Source: an uncultured Fidelibacterota bacterium (GTDB lineage: Bacteria > Fidelibacterota > Marinisomatia > Marinisomatales > Marinisomataceae). From it: a stretch of DNA of 64,000 nt. Position 1 is the first letter of the stretch. Each line of letters starts with the position of its first letter. The notes beneath the pieces were generated by a model. It ran no database searches and was not told the origin of the DNA. It was given only the letters and a program-made list of their open reading frames with translations. The stretch is taken from NCBI GenBank assembly GCA_902538565.1, contig CACBFQ010000002.1, positions 157,908 through 221,907 of the forward strand. The letters are read 5' to 3'. This document shows, piece after piece, positions 30,612 through 39,140 of the stretch. The translations under genes were made by a program, and so were the position numbers.

Positions 30612-30997
30612 TAATCAATTAAAAATTTTGGATTGTCTATAGGAAAAATACATTCTTCTTTTTTTCCAAACCAGCTATATCTTCTTTTTGCTATCAAGTT
30701 ATAAATGAAATCTGCAAAAAAAGTTGGGACCAAATAAAATAAATATCTTAAAGGACTTTTAAGCTCTCTTAAAATTACAAAAGCTGCATAAGATTTAGAA
30801 AAAACCTCTTCATCTTTTTTAACAATTACAGAATTCATGTCCTTCAAAAACTTTTTATTGATAGTAGATCTTGCATAATTTGATTGCAAAGGACTAAAAT
30901 ATAAAATATCACTTTTGTCCATTTTGATTAAGGCATTAATTACAGAAGAACAAACAAAACAAACTCCGTCATAATATATTACTATTTTGGATTTCAT
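30611..30997 (-). CDS. DCC-family thiol-disulfide oxidoreductase (DUF393)
   Basis: YYDGVCFVCSSVINALIKMDK carries the DxxCxxC motif. 128 aa. Confidence 0.75.
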   Translation of the reverse strand: MKSKIVIYYDGVCFVCSSVINALIKMDKSDILYFSPLQSNYARSTINKKFLKDMNSVIVKKDEEVFSKSYAAFVILRELKSPLRYLFYLVPTFFADFIYNLIAKRRYSWFGKKEECIFPIDNPKFLID

Positions 30998-31632
30998 TAT
31001 AATATATAGGGTATGATAAAAGCTGTTTTTTCTTTGTAAGATTTATGCTCTTCAAACCTCGAAAGAGATTTATCAATTTTAATCATATTAGGAATCCACA
31101 CAGCTATTATAAATAATGTCAAAATCACTGTTGGCAACCACCATAAAGGTGTTTCAATTACCATTATAACAAAACTTAGATATATTAATAATTCTCCAAA
31201 ATAATTTGGATGTCTACATTGTTTCCAAAAACCATCAGTTATTAGACCAGATTGATATCTTAAAAAAATGAATTTTTGCATGTCCGAAGCAAAATGATAG
31301 AACACTCCAATAGAAAAAGTACATATAGCTAAAACAATAATTTTTAAAGAAGCTTGATGTCCTGAAGAAGTAATTATGTAAGCCGGTGCCCAATATAAAA
31401 CTAAACCAATTAAAATCAATAAAGCGTAAGGAATTCCAACTTTACTTTCCCAGGTTTTATCAGGAAAAATATAACTTTTTAAAACCCACATAATACCATA
31501 AGAACCATGCAAGCAAAAATAAACCCATGCAGTAAGATTATCAGCCTGGTTATAATAGTAAATTAGATAGAGCACCAAAAGCCATGTCACGCCCTTGGCA
31601 AAATCAATCATGTATTTCTGTTTAATTCGCAT
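30997..31632 (-). CDS. DUF1295 / steroid-5-alpha-reductase-like membrane protein
   Basis: Polytopic protein with WKQCRHPNYFGELLIYLSF. Confidence 0.7.
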   Translation of the reverse strand: MRIKQKYMIDFAKGVTWLLVLYLIYYYNQADNLTAWVYFCLHGSYGIMWVLKSYIFPDKTWESKVGIPYALLILIGLVLYWAPAYIITSSGHQASLKIIVLAICTFSIGVFYHFASDMQKFIFLRYQSGLITDGFWKQCRHPNYFGELLIYLSFVIMVIETPLWWLPTVILTLFIIAVWIPNMIKIDKSLSRFEEHKSYKEKTAFIIPYIL

Positions 31633-31715
31633 AGAAAAAAAATGGAATGAATAAAATAATCAACATTATTATAATTGTTAGCAAAGACTTCTTGTAATAC
31701 AAAGCTAATTCTTTT

Positions 31716-32096
31716 TTATCTTTCATTCTTATCTGTCTTCCAATCAAGCATACCGCCATCTACATTGACTGCAGTAAAATTATTTTTATTTAAAATGTCT
31801 TTTCCAAACCCTGATCTGTTTCCACTTCTGCATACAACATAAATAGTATTTTCTTTATAATCGTTTAACTCACTAAGCCTATCTTCTAACTCATTTATTG
31901 GAATTAAAATGGAGCCATCAATGTGTCCAAGTGGACCATAATACTCTTCTTCTGTTCTTACATCCAACACAACAGTTTTATTATCAAGAATTTTATCTTG
32001 AAATTCATGCATGGTTATGACATCAACTTTTTTTGAGCAACAATTCATAGAAAAAGTTACTACAAAAAATAATAGGATTAATTTACTTTTCTTCAT
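31716..32096 (-). CDS. Rhodanese-domain lipoprotein (sulfurtransferase)
   Basis: Lipobox-like signal (FSMNCC), VVLDVRTEEEY and active-site loop CRSGNRS. Confidence 0.85.
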   Translation of the reverse strand: MKKSKLILLFFVVTFSMNCCSKKVDVITMHEFQDKILDNKTVVLDVRTEEEYYGPLGHIDGSILIPINELEDRLSELNDYKENTIYVVCRSGNRSGFGKDILNKNNFTAVNVDGGMLDWKTDKNER

Positions 32097-32190
32097 CTTG
32101 CTTTTTTCTCAAATATCGTTTGATGGTTAAAAAATTAAAGATTGTTCCAAAAACGACAAGTAACGTCATTAATATGATTGTTCCTTTCAT
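32083..32190 (-). CDS. Candidate 35-aa single-TM small protein (not in the ORF track)
   Basis: My translation gives MKGTIILMTLLVVFGTIFNFLTIKRYLRKKQDEEK*. The ATG lies 1 nt after the stop of the upstream PNPOx-like gene (TAA-C-ATG) and the 3' end overlaps the rhodanese start by 14 nt. Confidence 0.3.
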   Translation of the reverse strand: MKGTIILMTLLVVFGTIFNFLTIKRYLRKKQDEEK

Positions 32191-32191
32191 G

Positions 32192-32788
32192 TTACGGAGC
32201 AACCCAACTTACATTAATTTTTTCTTTATCGAAAATGAACTTGCATCTCTGATGTCCGCTATACTTCAGCTTTAAAAAATCAATTTCATAAAAATGACAT
32301 CTAATTATTACAAAGTTATCATAGCTAGATAAGGAGTCTTGGTCAGTTGGATCTTTGAATTGAACATTATCTGGAATGTTAGGATGATATTCTTCTAAGA
32401 TATCTGAAGGATTGTAAGGTCCCATATAACATCTTTTGGATGAAGGAGTTACATTGTCCCATCTTTGTTTTGTAATAGAATTTTTATGAAAAATTTCCAC
32501 AGTTCCTTTAAACCTTAATTGAATCTTTTCTTCGGATGAATAGAATAAAGCTGAGAATTCATTATTTTTTTCTAATTGTTTAATCTTTGGACTTCTTAAA
32601 TCTGAATGACAATCAAAGTAATGTTCTTCTAATGAAAAATCTCTTAATACTACAGTTCTCATACTAGGCGTTTTCTCATCGATAGTAGCTAGAGAGAATG
32701 TTCGATAGGGATGGGCTGAACTTTTTAATGCGTTTTTCATCAAAAGTTTTATTTTACCGTATATTTCCTGAAATTCTCTTTTTAACAT
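32192..32788 (-). CDS. Pyridoxamine 5'-phosphate oxidase-like FMN-binding protein
   Basis: PNPOx split-barrel pattern: PYRTFSLATIDEKTPSMRTVVLRDF...LRFKGTVE...W. Confidence 0.7.
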   Translation of the reverse strand: MLKREFQEIYGKIKLLMKNALKSSAHPYRTFSLATIDEKTPSMRTVVLRDFSLEEHYFDCHSDLRSPKIKQLEKNNEFSALFYSSEEKIQLRFKGTVEIFHKNSITKQRWDNVTPSSKRCYMGPYNPSDILEEYHPNIPDNVQFKDPTDQDSLSSYDNFVIIRCHFYEIDFLKLKYSGHQRCKFIFDKEKINVSWVAP

Positions 32789-32867
32789 ATTTTTTAAAAT
32801 AATTTGAGTTTTAAATAATTTTTGCTTTATATTTACAATAATTTAACAAAAATATGAGGTATAAAGT

Positions 32868-33551
32868 ATGGGCTTTACAGAGTTTACATTTTTTGTAACA
32901 AATATGGCTTTACTCGCAACTGGTCTTTTCTTATGGCTAGAAAGAGATAATGTTAATCCAAAATGGAAAACTGCATTGACAGTTTCAGGTATGGTTTGCT
33001 TTATCGCTGCGGTACATTACTACTATATGAGGGGTAATTTGGATGCAACTGATGTTGTATCAATTAGATATATTGATTGGTTAATCACTGTTCCTCTTCA
33101 AATGGTAGAATTCTACATCGTTCTTGCTGCTGTAACAGCTGTAAGCGCTGGTGTACTTAATAGATTACTAGGTTTTTCAGTTTTAATGTTAATTTTTGGT
33201 TACTTAGGTGAAGTAAATGTTGCTAATGCAGATGCTTTAGTTACTCCAGTAGTTGGATTTGCTGGTGGTATGCTTTGCTGGGGACTAATGTTAAGAGAAA
33301 TCTGGTCAGGAGAAGCTGCTGAAGTTAACGCAGGTTCTAAAAATGCTGCTGCTGCTTATGCATTTGATGGCATGAAAAAAATTGTAACATTTGGATGGGC
33401 AATCTATCCTTTAGGCTATTTCCTTGGGTACTTTACTACAGGTGGAGTTGACATGGATCTAACTAATCAGGTTTACAATTTAGCTGATTTTGTAAATAAA
33501 ATTCTTATCGGTATGATTGTTTATGCTGCTGCTAAGATGGATACAAAATAA
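32868..33551 (+). CDS. Proteorhodopsin (DTE-motif light-driven proton pump, blue-tuned Gln variant)
   Basis: RYIDWLITVPLQMVEFY gives D70/T74/E81, equivalent to PR D97/T101/E108, and Q78 equivalent to the position-105 tuning residue. Also has H50 (VHYYYMR), GYLGE, FGWAIYPLGY and the Schiff-base NLADFVNKILIG (K211, codon 33498-33500). GAGGT lies 7 nt before the ATG. Confidence 0.92.
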   Translation: MGFTEFTFFVTNMALLATGLFLWLERDNVNPKWKTALTVSGMVCFIAAVHYYYMRGNLDATDVVSIRYIDWLITVPLQMVEFYIVLAAVTAVSAGVLNRLLGFSVLMLIFGYLGEVNVANADALVTPVVGFAGGMLCWGLMLREIWSGEAAEVNAGSKNAAAAYAFDGMKKIVTFGWAIYPLGYFLGYFTTGGVDMDLTNQVYNLADFVNKILIGMIVYAAAKMDTK

Positions 33552-33570
33552 TCAATTCATTTTTACTAAA

Positions 33571-33598
33571 AAAGGCCTTCAATTGAAGGCCTTTTTTT
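33571..33598. terminator. Bidirectional intrinsic terminator between proteorhodopsin and the convergent kinase gene
   Basis: Perfect hairpin AAAGGCCTTC-aatt-GAAGGCCTTT, flanked by an A-run on the left and a T-run on the right. Confidence 0.75.
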
Positions 33599-34667
33599 AT
33601 TCAAATAAATCACTTAATCGATTTTTAGTTATTGCTTGTTTTGCCATTATTGACAAAGACATAACTGCTAAGTTTAATAACGAAAATCTTCTATCTTTTG
33701 TATAACCCTTTTTATATCTAAAATAAATTTGCTGTGCAATAACTGCGATTTTGAAAAGTCCGAAAACATAGTAAAACACTGGATTAGTGATATTTTGTCC
33801 AGATTCCTTTTCATATAATTCCAAAATACCTTCTCTAGTTGGATTGCCATCAAGAGTTGTTGCACTTAATTGAAATAACTTAAGCTCTGGTAAATCATTT
33901 TTATCTACCCAATATCCAAGAGTAGTTCCCAAATCCATGAAAGGATCACCTATAGTAGCCATCTCCCAATCAAGAATTGCAGTTATTTTTGAATAATCAT
34001 CTTTATCAAGTACCAGGTTATCATATTTAAAATCATTGTGCACAATAGACCCTTGAACTTCTACAGGTTGGTTTTCATGAAGCCAAGATGCTATAAATTC
34101 CATATTTGCTATAGAATCAGTTTTTGAATGATTGTATCTCTTTATCCAGCCTTCAACCTGTCTTTTAACATATCCATTAATATTTCCCAACTCATTTAAA
34201 TTAGCTTGATTTATATCAACATTATGAAGCTCTACCAACGTAGAAACTAAAGATTTGGACACATTTTGAACTATTTCTTTTTTTGGAGCATCTTTTTGTT
34301 TGAGATTTGGTCTTATAATATAGCCCTCCACTCTTTCCATCAAATAAAATGGTGCTCCAATTTTTTCACTATCACCACAATAAAGGTAAACATCTGGAAC
34401 CTTGGCAAATTGAGATTTTAGATTTTTTAGAACATTGTATTCCCTAAACATATCATGACCACCTTGTAAGCTCTTAACACCAAATGGTGGCCTTCTGAGA
34501 ACAAACTCCTGCGTTGATGATTTAAGAAAATAAGTTAAGTTAGAATATCCACTAGGGAATTGTTTTATTAATAGCTCATTAGCGTCAATTTTATTATTTA
34601 ATAAATATGTTTTAAGCTTATCAACCGCAAGCTCTTCCCCTTTTCGAATCTTTTTCGGAGCATCCAT
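33597..34667 (-). CDS. APH/ChoK-family phosphotransferase (ACAD10/11- and LvaA-like kinase)
   Basis: Kinase-like motifs IVHNDFKYDNLVL (HxDxxxxN) and ILDWEMATIGDPFMDLG. Start set at the ATG at 34667 (MDAPKK). Confidence 0.8.
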   Translation of the reverse strand: MDAPKKIRKGEELAVDKLKTYLLNNKIDANELLIKQFPSGYSNLTYFLKSSTQEFVLRRPPFGVKSLQGGHDMFREYNVLKNLKSQFAKVPDVYLYCGDSEKIGAPFYLMERVEGYIIRPNLKQKDAPKKEIVQNVSKSLVSTLVELHNVDINQANLNELGNINGYVKRQVEGWIKRYNHSKTDSIANMEFIASWLHENQPVEVQGSIVHNDFKYDNLVLDKDDYSKITAILDWEMATIGDPFMDLGTTLGYWVDKNDLPELKLFQLSATTLDGNPTREGILELYEKESGQNITNPVFYYVFGLFKIAVIAQQIYFRYKKGYTKDRRFSLLNLAVMSLSIMAKQAITKNRLSDLFE

Positions 34668-34757
34668 TGAAAAACTTGGAGTTTTACCTTGTTGAATAAA
34701 TTTTGATATAAAATTATAGAATTTAAGCTTTAGAGGAACTCTCAAGACTTTGAAATC

Positions 34758-35954
34758 CTATTTTAGATATTTTTTCATTATTTCTTTTGCTACTCTTGAC
34801 TTATGAACCTCATCAGCACCATCATAAATTCTTGCTGATCTTTCATGCCTGTACAACGAAGCAAGAGGAGTATCATCAGTCATTCCAAGAGCGCCATGAA
34901 CCTGTACAGCCCTATCAAGAACATTTTGAAGAACTTGTGCTACATAAAATTTAATCGTCGAAATTTCAACCTTGGAAGCATAAGCACCTTCATTATCAAT
35001 TTTTTTGGCAGCATCAAGAACCATTAAACGAGAAGCATTAATTTCTGCTCTTGATTCTGCAATCCAATTTTGAATGGTTTGTTTCATTGCTAAAGGTTTT
35101 CCAGGAGCAAGTTCCCTTGAAGCTGCTCTTTGACACATCATATCAAAAGCTTTTTCACATTCTCCAATCCATCTCATACAATGATGAATTCTTCCGGGTC
35201 CAAGTCTTTCTTGAGCAATTTTAAACCCAGCTCCAACAGGACCTAAAACATTTTCTTCCGGTACAATGCAGTTATCATAAATAATTTCTGCATGTGCATT
35301 CCAACCGTCTCCCTCATCTCCCATAACTGAAATATTTCTAATAAAATTGAAACCCTTTGTTTTTGTTGGAACAATAATTTGAGATGCTTTCATGTAAGGA
35401 TTTTCATGATCTGGATCTGTAATTACCATTACAATAGCAAAATCAGCACCATCTGCAGAAGATGTAAACCATTTATGTCCGTTTATAACATAGCTAGAAC
35501 CATCTTTTACTGCAGTTGTACCCATTATTACTGGATTAGAACCAGCAAATTCAGGTTCGGTCATTGAAAAACAACTTCTTACTTTTCCCTCAACTAAAGG
35601 TTTTAAAAATGTTTCTTTTTGATAATCAGTGCCATGCTCTATAAGAATTTCCATATTACCAGCATCAGGCGCTTGACAATTGAATACGTAAAGACCATAA
35701 AATGTTTTACCAAGAATTTCGTAAATCTGACCAAGTTGATAAAGGCTCAATCCCAATCCCCCATGCTCTTTTGAAATTTGAGGAGCAAATAGCCCCATCT
35801 CTCTTACTTTATTTCGTTTTTCTTCTAGGAATGGTAAATGATCTGCAAATTTATGATTGATATTAAAATCGTATTCATGAACTACCATTTCTTCATCAAT
35901 GAAGTTTTGAATTTTTGATTTTATTTCTTCAAATTTTTCGCTTGGTAAAGCCAT
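34758..35954 (-). CDS. Acyl-CoA dehydrogenase, ACAD10/ACAD11-like subtype
   Basis: ACAD fold (CFSMTEPEFAGSNP...). The C-terminal RIYDGADEVHKSRVAKEI resembles the DG(P/A)DEVH signature of the ACAD10/11 clade, not the YEGTxEI of classical ACADs. Confidence 0.92.
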   Translation of the reverse strand: MALPSEKFEEIKSKIQNFIDEEMVVHEYDFNINHKFADHLPFLEEKRNKVREMGLFAPQISKEHGGLGLSLYQLGQIYEILGKTFYGLYVFNCQAPDAGNMEILIEHGTDYQKETFLKPLVEGKVRSCFSMTEPEFAGSNPVIMGTTAVKDGSSYVINGHKWFTSSADGADFAIVMVITDPDHENPYMKASQIIVPTKTKGFNFIRNISVMGDEGDGWNAHAEIIYDNCIVPEENVLGPVGAGFKIAQERLGPGRIHHCMRWIGECEKAFDMMCQRAASRELAPGKPLAMKQTIQNWIAESRAEINASRLMVLDAAKKIDNEGAYASKVEISTIKFYVAQVLQNVLDRAVQVHGALGMTDDTPLASLYRHERSARIYDGADEVHKSRVAKEIMKKYLK

Positions 35955-35961
35955 AATTTCC

Positions 35962-36660
35962 CTAAATGTATGTTTCTAAATATCTTGGTATTAAACTACG
36001 ATTAAATGTATCCAATGTAAAAGTATCATTTTCTTTCTCAAACAATGTAATAGAAGCATTTTTAATCTTAAAATTTAATTTCATGATTTCATCGACTGTC
36101 AATGGATGGCATTCAGCATATACACCAGAGATAGCACCTCCAGATGACACAACCATTGTATTCGTATTTTCATTCATTAATGAGGATACTTTACTTTTTG
36201 CCATTCGAACTCTTTCTCGGAATTCTTCATAACTTTCAAAACCTTTTTCAGATAAATCAAGTTCATTATGAATCCATTTTTTTGCAATAATGTTAAAATA
36301 CTCTAAAAATTTTCGTTTACGCTTCCAAAAAGGAACGGCATTAAAAATTTCCTTAATATTTTTATCAGTATTTAACATTTCAGGAATGAAATGCTGAGCA
36401 ATTTCCATCAATTGATTTTCAGCAAATTCGTCAATAATTATTGGGCTATTTAACGTACCTTCATAGCCTTTATTAATACCATCAAAAGTTTGTTTATGTC
36501 TTTTTAATGGCCCTATAATTGTTTGATCAAAAGATATACTATTTTTTAATAATTGTTTACCAAGAACAATTGATTGCTTGATACCTTTTTTACTCAAATT
36601 ATCGTAGTTTTTTTCACCAAAGGACGCTTGTCCATGTCTTATCAAATATAGATTTGTAAT
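35962..36660 (-). CDS. Histidine phosphatase (phosphoglycerate mutase) superfamily protein; probable ATT start
   Basis: RHGQASFG catalytic motif. The track's TTG start would leave only M-I before RHG. In-frame upstream ATT-ACA-AAT-CTA-TAT restores the usual beta-1 strand (xTNLYLIRHG) and lies 6 nt after AAGGAG. Confidence 0.8.
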   Translation of the reverse strand: MTNLYLIRHGQASFGEKNYDNLSKKGIKQSIVLGKQLLKNSISFDQTIIGPLKRHKQTFDGINKGYEGTLNSPIIIDEFAENQLMEIAQHFIPEMLNTDKNIKEIFNAVPFWKRKRKFLEYFNIIAKKWIHNELDLSEKGFESYEEFRERVRMAKSKVSSLMNENTNTMVVSSGGAISGVYAECHPLTVDEIMKLNFKIKNASITLFEKENDTFTLDTFNRSLIPRYLETYI

Positions 36661-36676
36661 TTTACGCTCCTTAATA

Positions 36677-37132
36677 TTACTCGTATATTAAAAATACCTG
36701 TTCAGCAACGCAGGCTGGTTTATCGCTATTTTTGAGTTCTACAGTAACCTCTACAATTAATTTTCCGCCATTCTTGATTTTTTTAAAATCCTTCAAAATC
36801 ACCCTACCTCGAACGAAACTTTTTACAGGAACAGGTGCGGTAAATCTGACACGATTTAATCCATAGTTTACTCCCATTTTGGCTGATTTAATTGAATAGG
36901 TTTCTTCTAAAAACTTAGGGAGTAAGGACAAGACAAAAAAACCATGAGCTATTGTTGATTTAAAGGGAGATAATAATTTAGCTCTAATTGGAGCAGTATG
37001 AATCCATTGTTCGTCTCCAGTAACCTTTCCAAATTTAGATATTTGGGATTGTGAAATTTGATGCCATTTACTTACTCCTAGCTCACTTCCAACTAAACTT
37101 TTAACTTCTTGTAAATTTTTTAGGGATTTCAT
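36677..37132 (-). CDS. MaoC-like (R)-specific enoyl-CoA hydratase/dehydratase
   Basis: Hotdog fold with FGKVTGDEQWIHT...IAHGF. Confidence 0.85.
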   Translation of the reverse strand: MKSLKNLQEVKSLVGSELGVSKWHQISQSQISKFGKVTGDEQWIHTAPIRAKLLSPFKSTIAHGFFVLSLLPKFLEETYSIKSAKMGVNYGLNRVRFTAPVPVKSFVRGRVILKDFKKIKNGGKLIVEVTVELKNSDKPACVAEQVFLIYE

Positions 37133-37153
37133 TAAGAAAAGTTACCAGAATGG

Positions 37154-38503
37154 CTAGTTTCTAACAATATTAAACTTTCTAAAGTAATAACGCATCCAAG
37201 CAAAGGAAATAGTTGCGGCTATTAATATTGCAAATACTTGAGAAAACCAAACCCATTCTATTGGTCTTCCTATAAAATAAAAGTAATAAGACAACGGAGC
37301 TGTAAGAATAATCACACGGGTAATTGTAGTTATAAGTAATGGCATTCCTTGTCCTAATGCTTGACAAACTCTTGAACAAATAACACTTATTCCTACTGCA
37401 GGATAAACTAATATTATAATTTTTAAATAAGTTTCACCAATATCAATCACTAAAGGATTTGAACTAAAAATAGGTAAAATATAACTCGCTAAAACAAAAA
37501 AGAAAATTACACTGATAATAGTAATTAATAGTGCCCTGTTTATTCCATAATTCACCACCGATAAAAGTTTATCAAATTCTTTAGCTCCATAGAACATTCC
37601 CACGATTGTTGTTAAACTAATAGCTATACCCAAAATTGGCATAAATAATAACATATCAAGTCTAGAGACGATTTGATATGCAGCGACAGCTTCTGTTGAA
37701 TAATTTACAAGAATCTTATTCATCACTACTTGACCAAAAGAGATAATGAGCATTGATAATGAAGATGGAATCCCTATTTGAAAGATTTTTTTTAATATAT
37801 AATTATTTGGGCTCAATTGTCTAAAATTGAATGATATATAGGATGATTTTTTAACAAAAATAATAAATAAGTATGCCAAAACCATTACAATCTGGCTAAT
37901 TATAGTTGCAAAAGCTGCTCCTCTTACACCATACTCAAAAGTAAAAATTAGAATTGGATCAAGAATGAGGTTCATAATGGTTCCAATTAATCCAATTATC
38001 ATAGGAATTTTTGTTTCGCCCTCTCCCGCTAAAATAGCTCTAAAGAACATTGAAAAGATAACTAATCCAAGACCAAAGGTTAGAATTCTTAAATAAGAAT
38101 AAGCTATTGTTAAAATTTCTCCCTCAGCCCCTAATACAGATAGTAATCCTTCTCCATAAATTACTCCAAGGATCGTTAAAAAAATTGTGCTTACAAAACC
38201 AATTAATAATGTCTGAGAGGCAGTTTTTTCAGCATTATTCTTATCTTTTTGACCAATATATTGAGCTATTGTAGCAGTCGCTCCAGTTCCGATTCCTACT
38301 CCAAGACCTATTATAATAAAAAATAAGGGACTAACAAATGCAACTGCTGTAACCTCATCTGCGCCAAGCCATCCAATAAACATAATATCTACTACATTAA
38401 ATAATGTTTGCACCATCATTCCTGCAATGATTGGCATAGCCATTTTCCACATAGATTTATAAGGATTTGCTAAAAAATCCTTTAGGCGAGATTCTTTTTC
38501 CAT
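37154..38503 (-). CDS. MATE family efflux transporter
   Basis: 12 TM segments and an N-terminal MAMPIIAGMMVQTLFNVVDIMFIGWLG. Confidence 0.9.
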   Translation of the reverse strand: MEKESRLKDFLANPYKSMWKMAMPIIAGMMVQTLFNVVDIMFIGWLGADEVTAVAFVSPLFFIIIGLGVGIGTGATATIAQYIGQKDKNNAEKTASQTLLIGFVSTIFLTILGVIYGEGLLSVLGAEGEILTIAYSYLRILTFGLGLVIFSMFFRAILAGEGETKIPMIIGLIGTIMNLILDPILIFTFEYGVRGAAFATIISQIVMVLAYLFIIFVKKSSYISFNFRQLSPNNYILKKIFQIGIPSSLSMLIISFGQVVMNKILVNYSTEAVAAYQIVSRLDMLLFMPILGIAISLTTIVGMFYGAKEFDKLLSVVNYGINRALLITIISVIFFFVLASYILPIFSSNPLVIDIGETYLKIIILVYPAVGISVICSRVCQALGQGMPLLITTITRVIILTAPLSYYFYFIGRPIEWVWFSQVFAILIAATISFAWMRYYFRKFNIVRN

Positions 38504-39000
38504 TAAGTCTCAAAAAGATATAAATACTTTTCATATCCTTTTTCTTCCATTTCTTTTAATGGGATGAATTTTAAAGCAGCAGAATTGATACAATAGCGTA
38601 ATCCAGTAGGATTTGGTCCATCATTAAATACATGTCCAAGATGAGAATCTCCTTGTTTGCTTTTTACCTCCGTTCTAGGAAGAATTAACTCATAATCTTG
38701 CTCGAATTTTACATTTTGATCTTCAATAGGCTGATAAAATGAGGGCCATCCGGAATTTGAGTCGTATTTGTGTACAGAAGCGAATAATGCTTCTCCAGAT
38801 ACGATATCTACATATATCCCTGGTTCTTTATGATCCCAATATTCATTGTCAAAAGCAGGTTCTGTACCGCAATCTTGTGTAACATAGTACTGCATATCAG
38901 TTAATTTTGATTTTTTTTCTTCCATAAGCTGTTCCGTTGTTTGAGCATTAACACCTATTAGTAATAATAATATACATATGATTTTTTTTGTCATTTTCAT
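38503..39000 (-). CDS. msrB: Peptide-methionine (R)-S-oxide reductase MsrB with signal peptide
   Basis: SelR motifs GWPSF and [10 protein letters not shown]...RYCINS, with an N-terminal signal sequence. Confidence 0.9.
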   Translation of the reverse strand: MKMTKKIICILLLLIGVNAQTTEQLMEEKKSKLTDMQYYVTQDCGTEPAFDNEYWDHKEPGIYVDIVSGEALFASVHKYDSNSGWPSFYQPIEDQNVKFEQDYELILPRTEVKSKQGDSHLGHVFNDGPNPTGLRYCINSAALKFIPLKEMEEKGYEKYLYLFET

Positions 39001-39140
39001 TGAAAACTAAGTTAATAATAGAATAGATTTTTTGTTTGGTTTTTTTCATTTAAGGCTTTACTTTAAAAAATATTGATGTTTTTACATTCAATTTAATGTT
39101 TGTAAAAAAATTATTTAACAATAAAAAAGAGGTATAAATA

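Noticed and set aside
31633-31675. A 14-codon hydrophobic mini-ORF (MLIILFIPFFFYAN) overlapping the start of the DUF1295 gene.
   Set aside because: It is too short and low-complexity to separate from chance in AT-rich DNA, and it has no SD. It is not reported as a feature.
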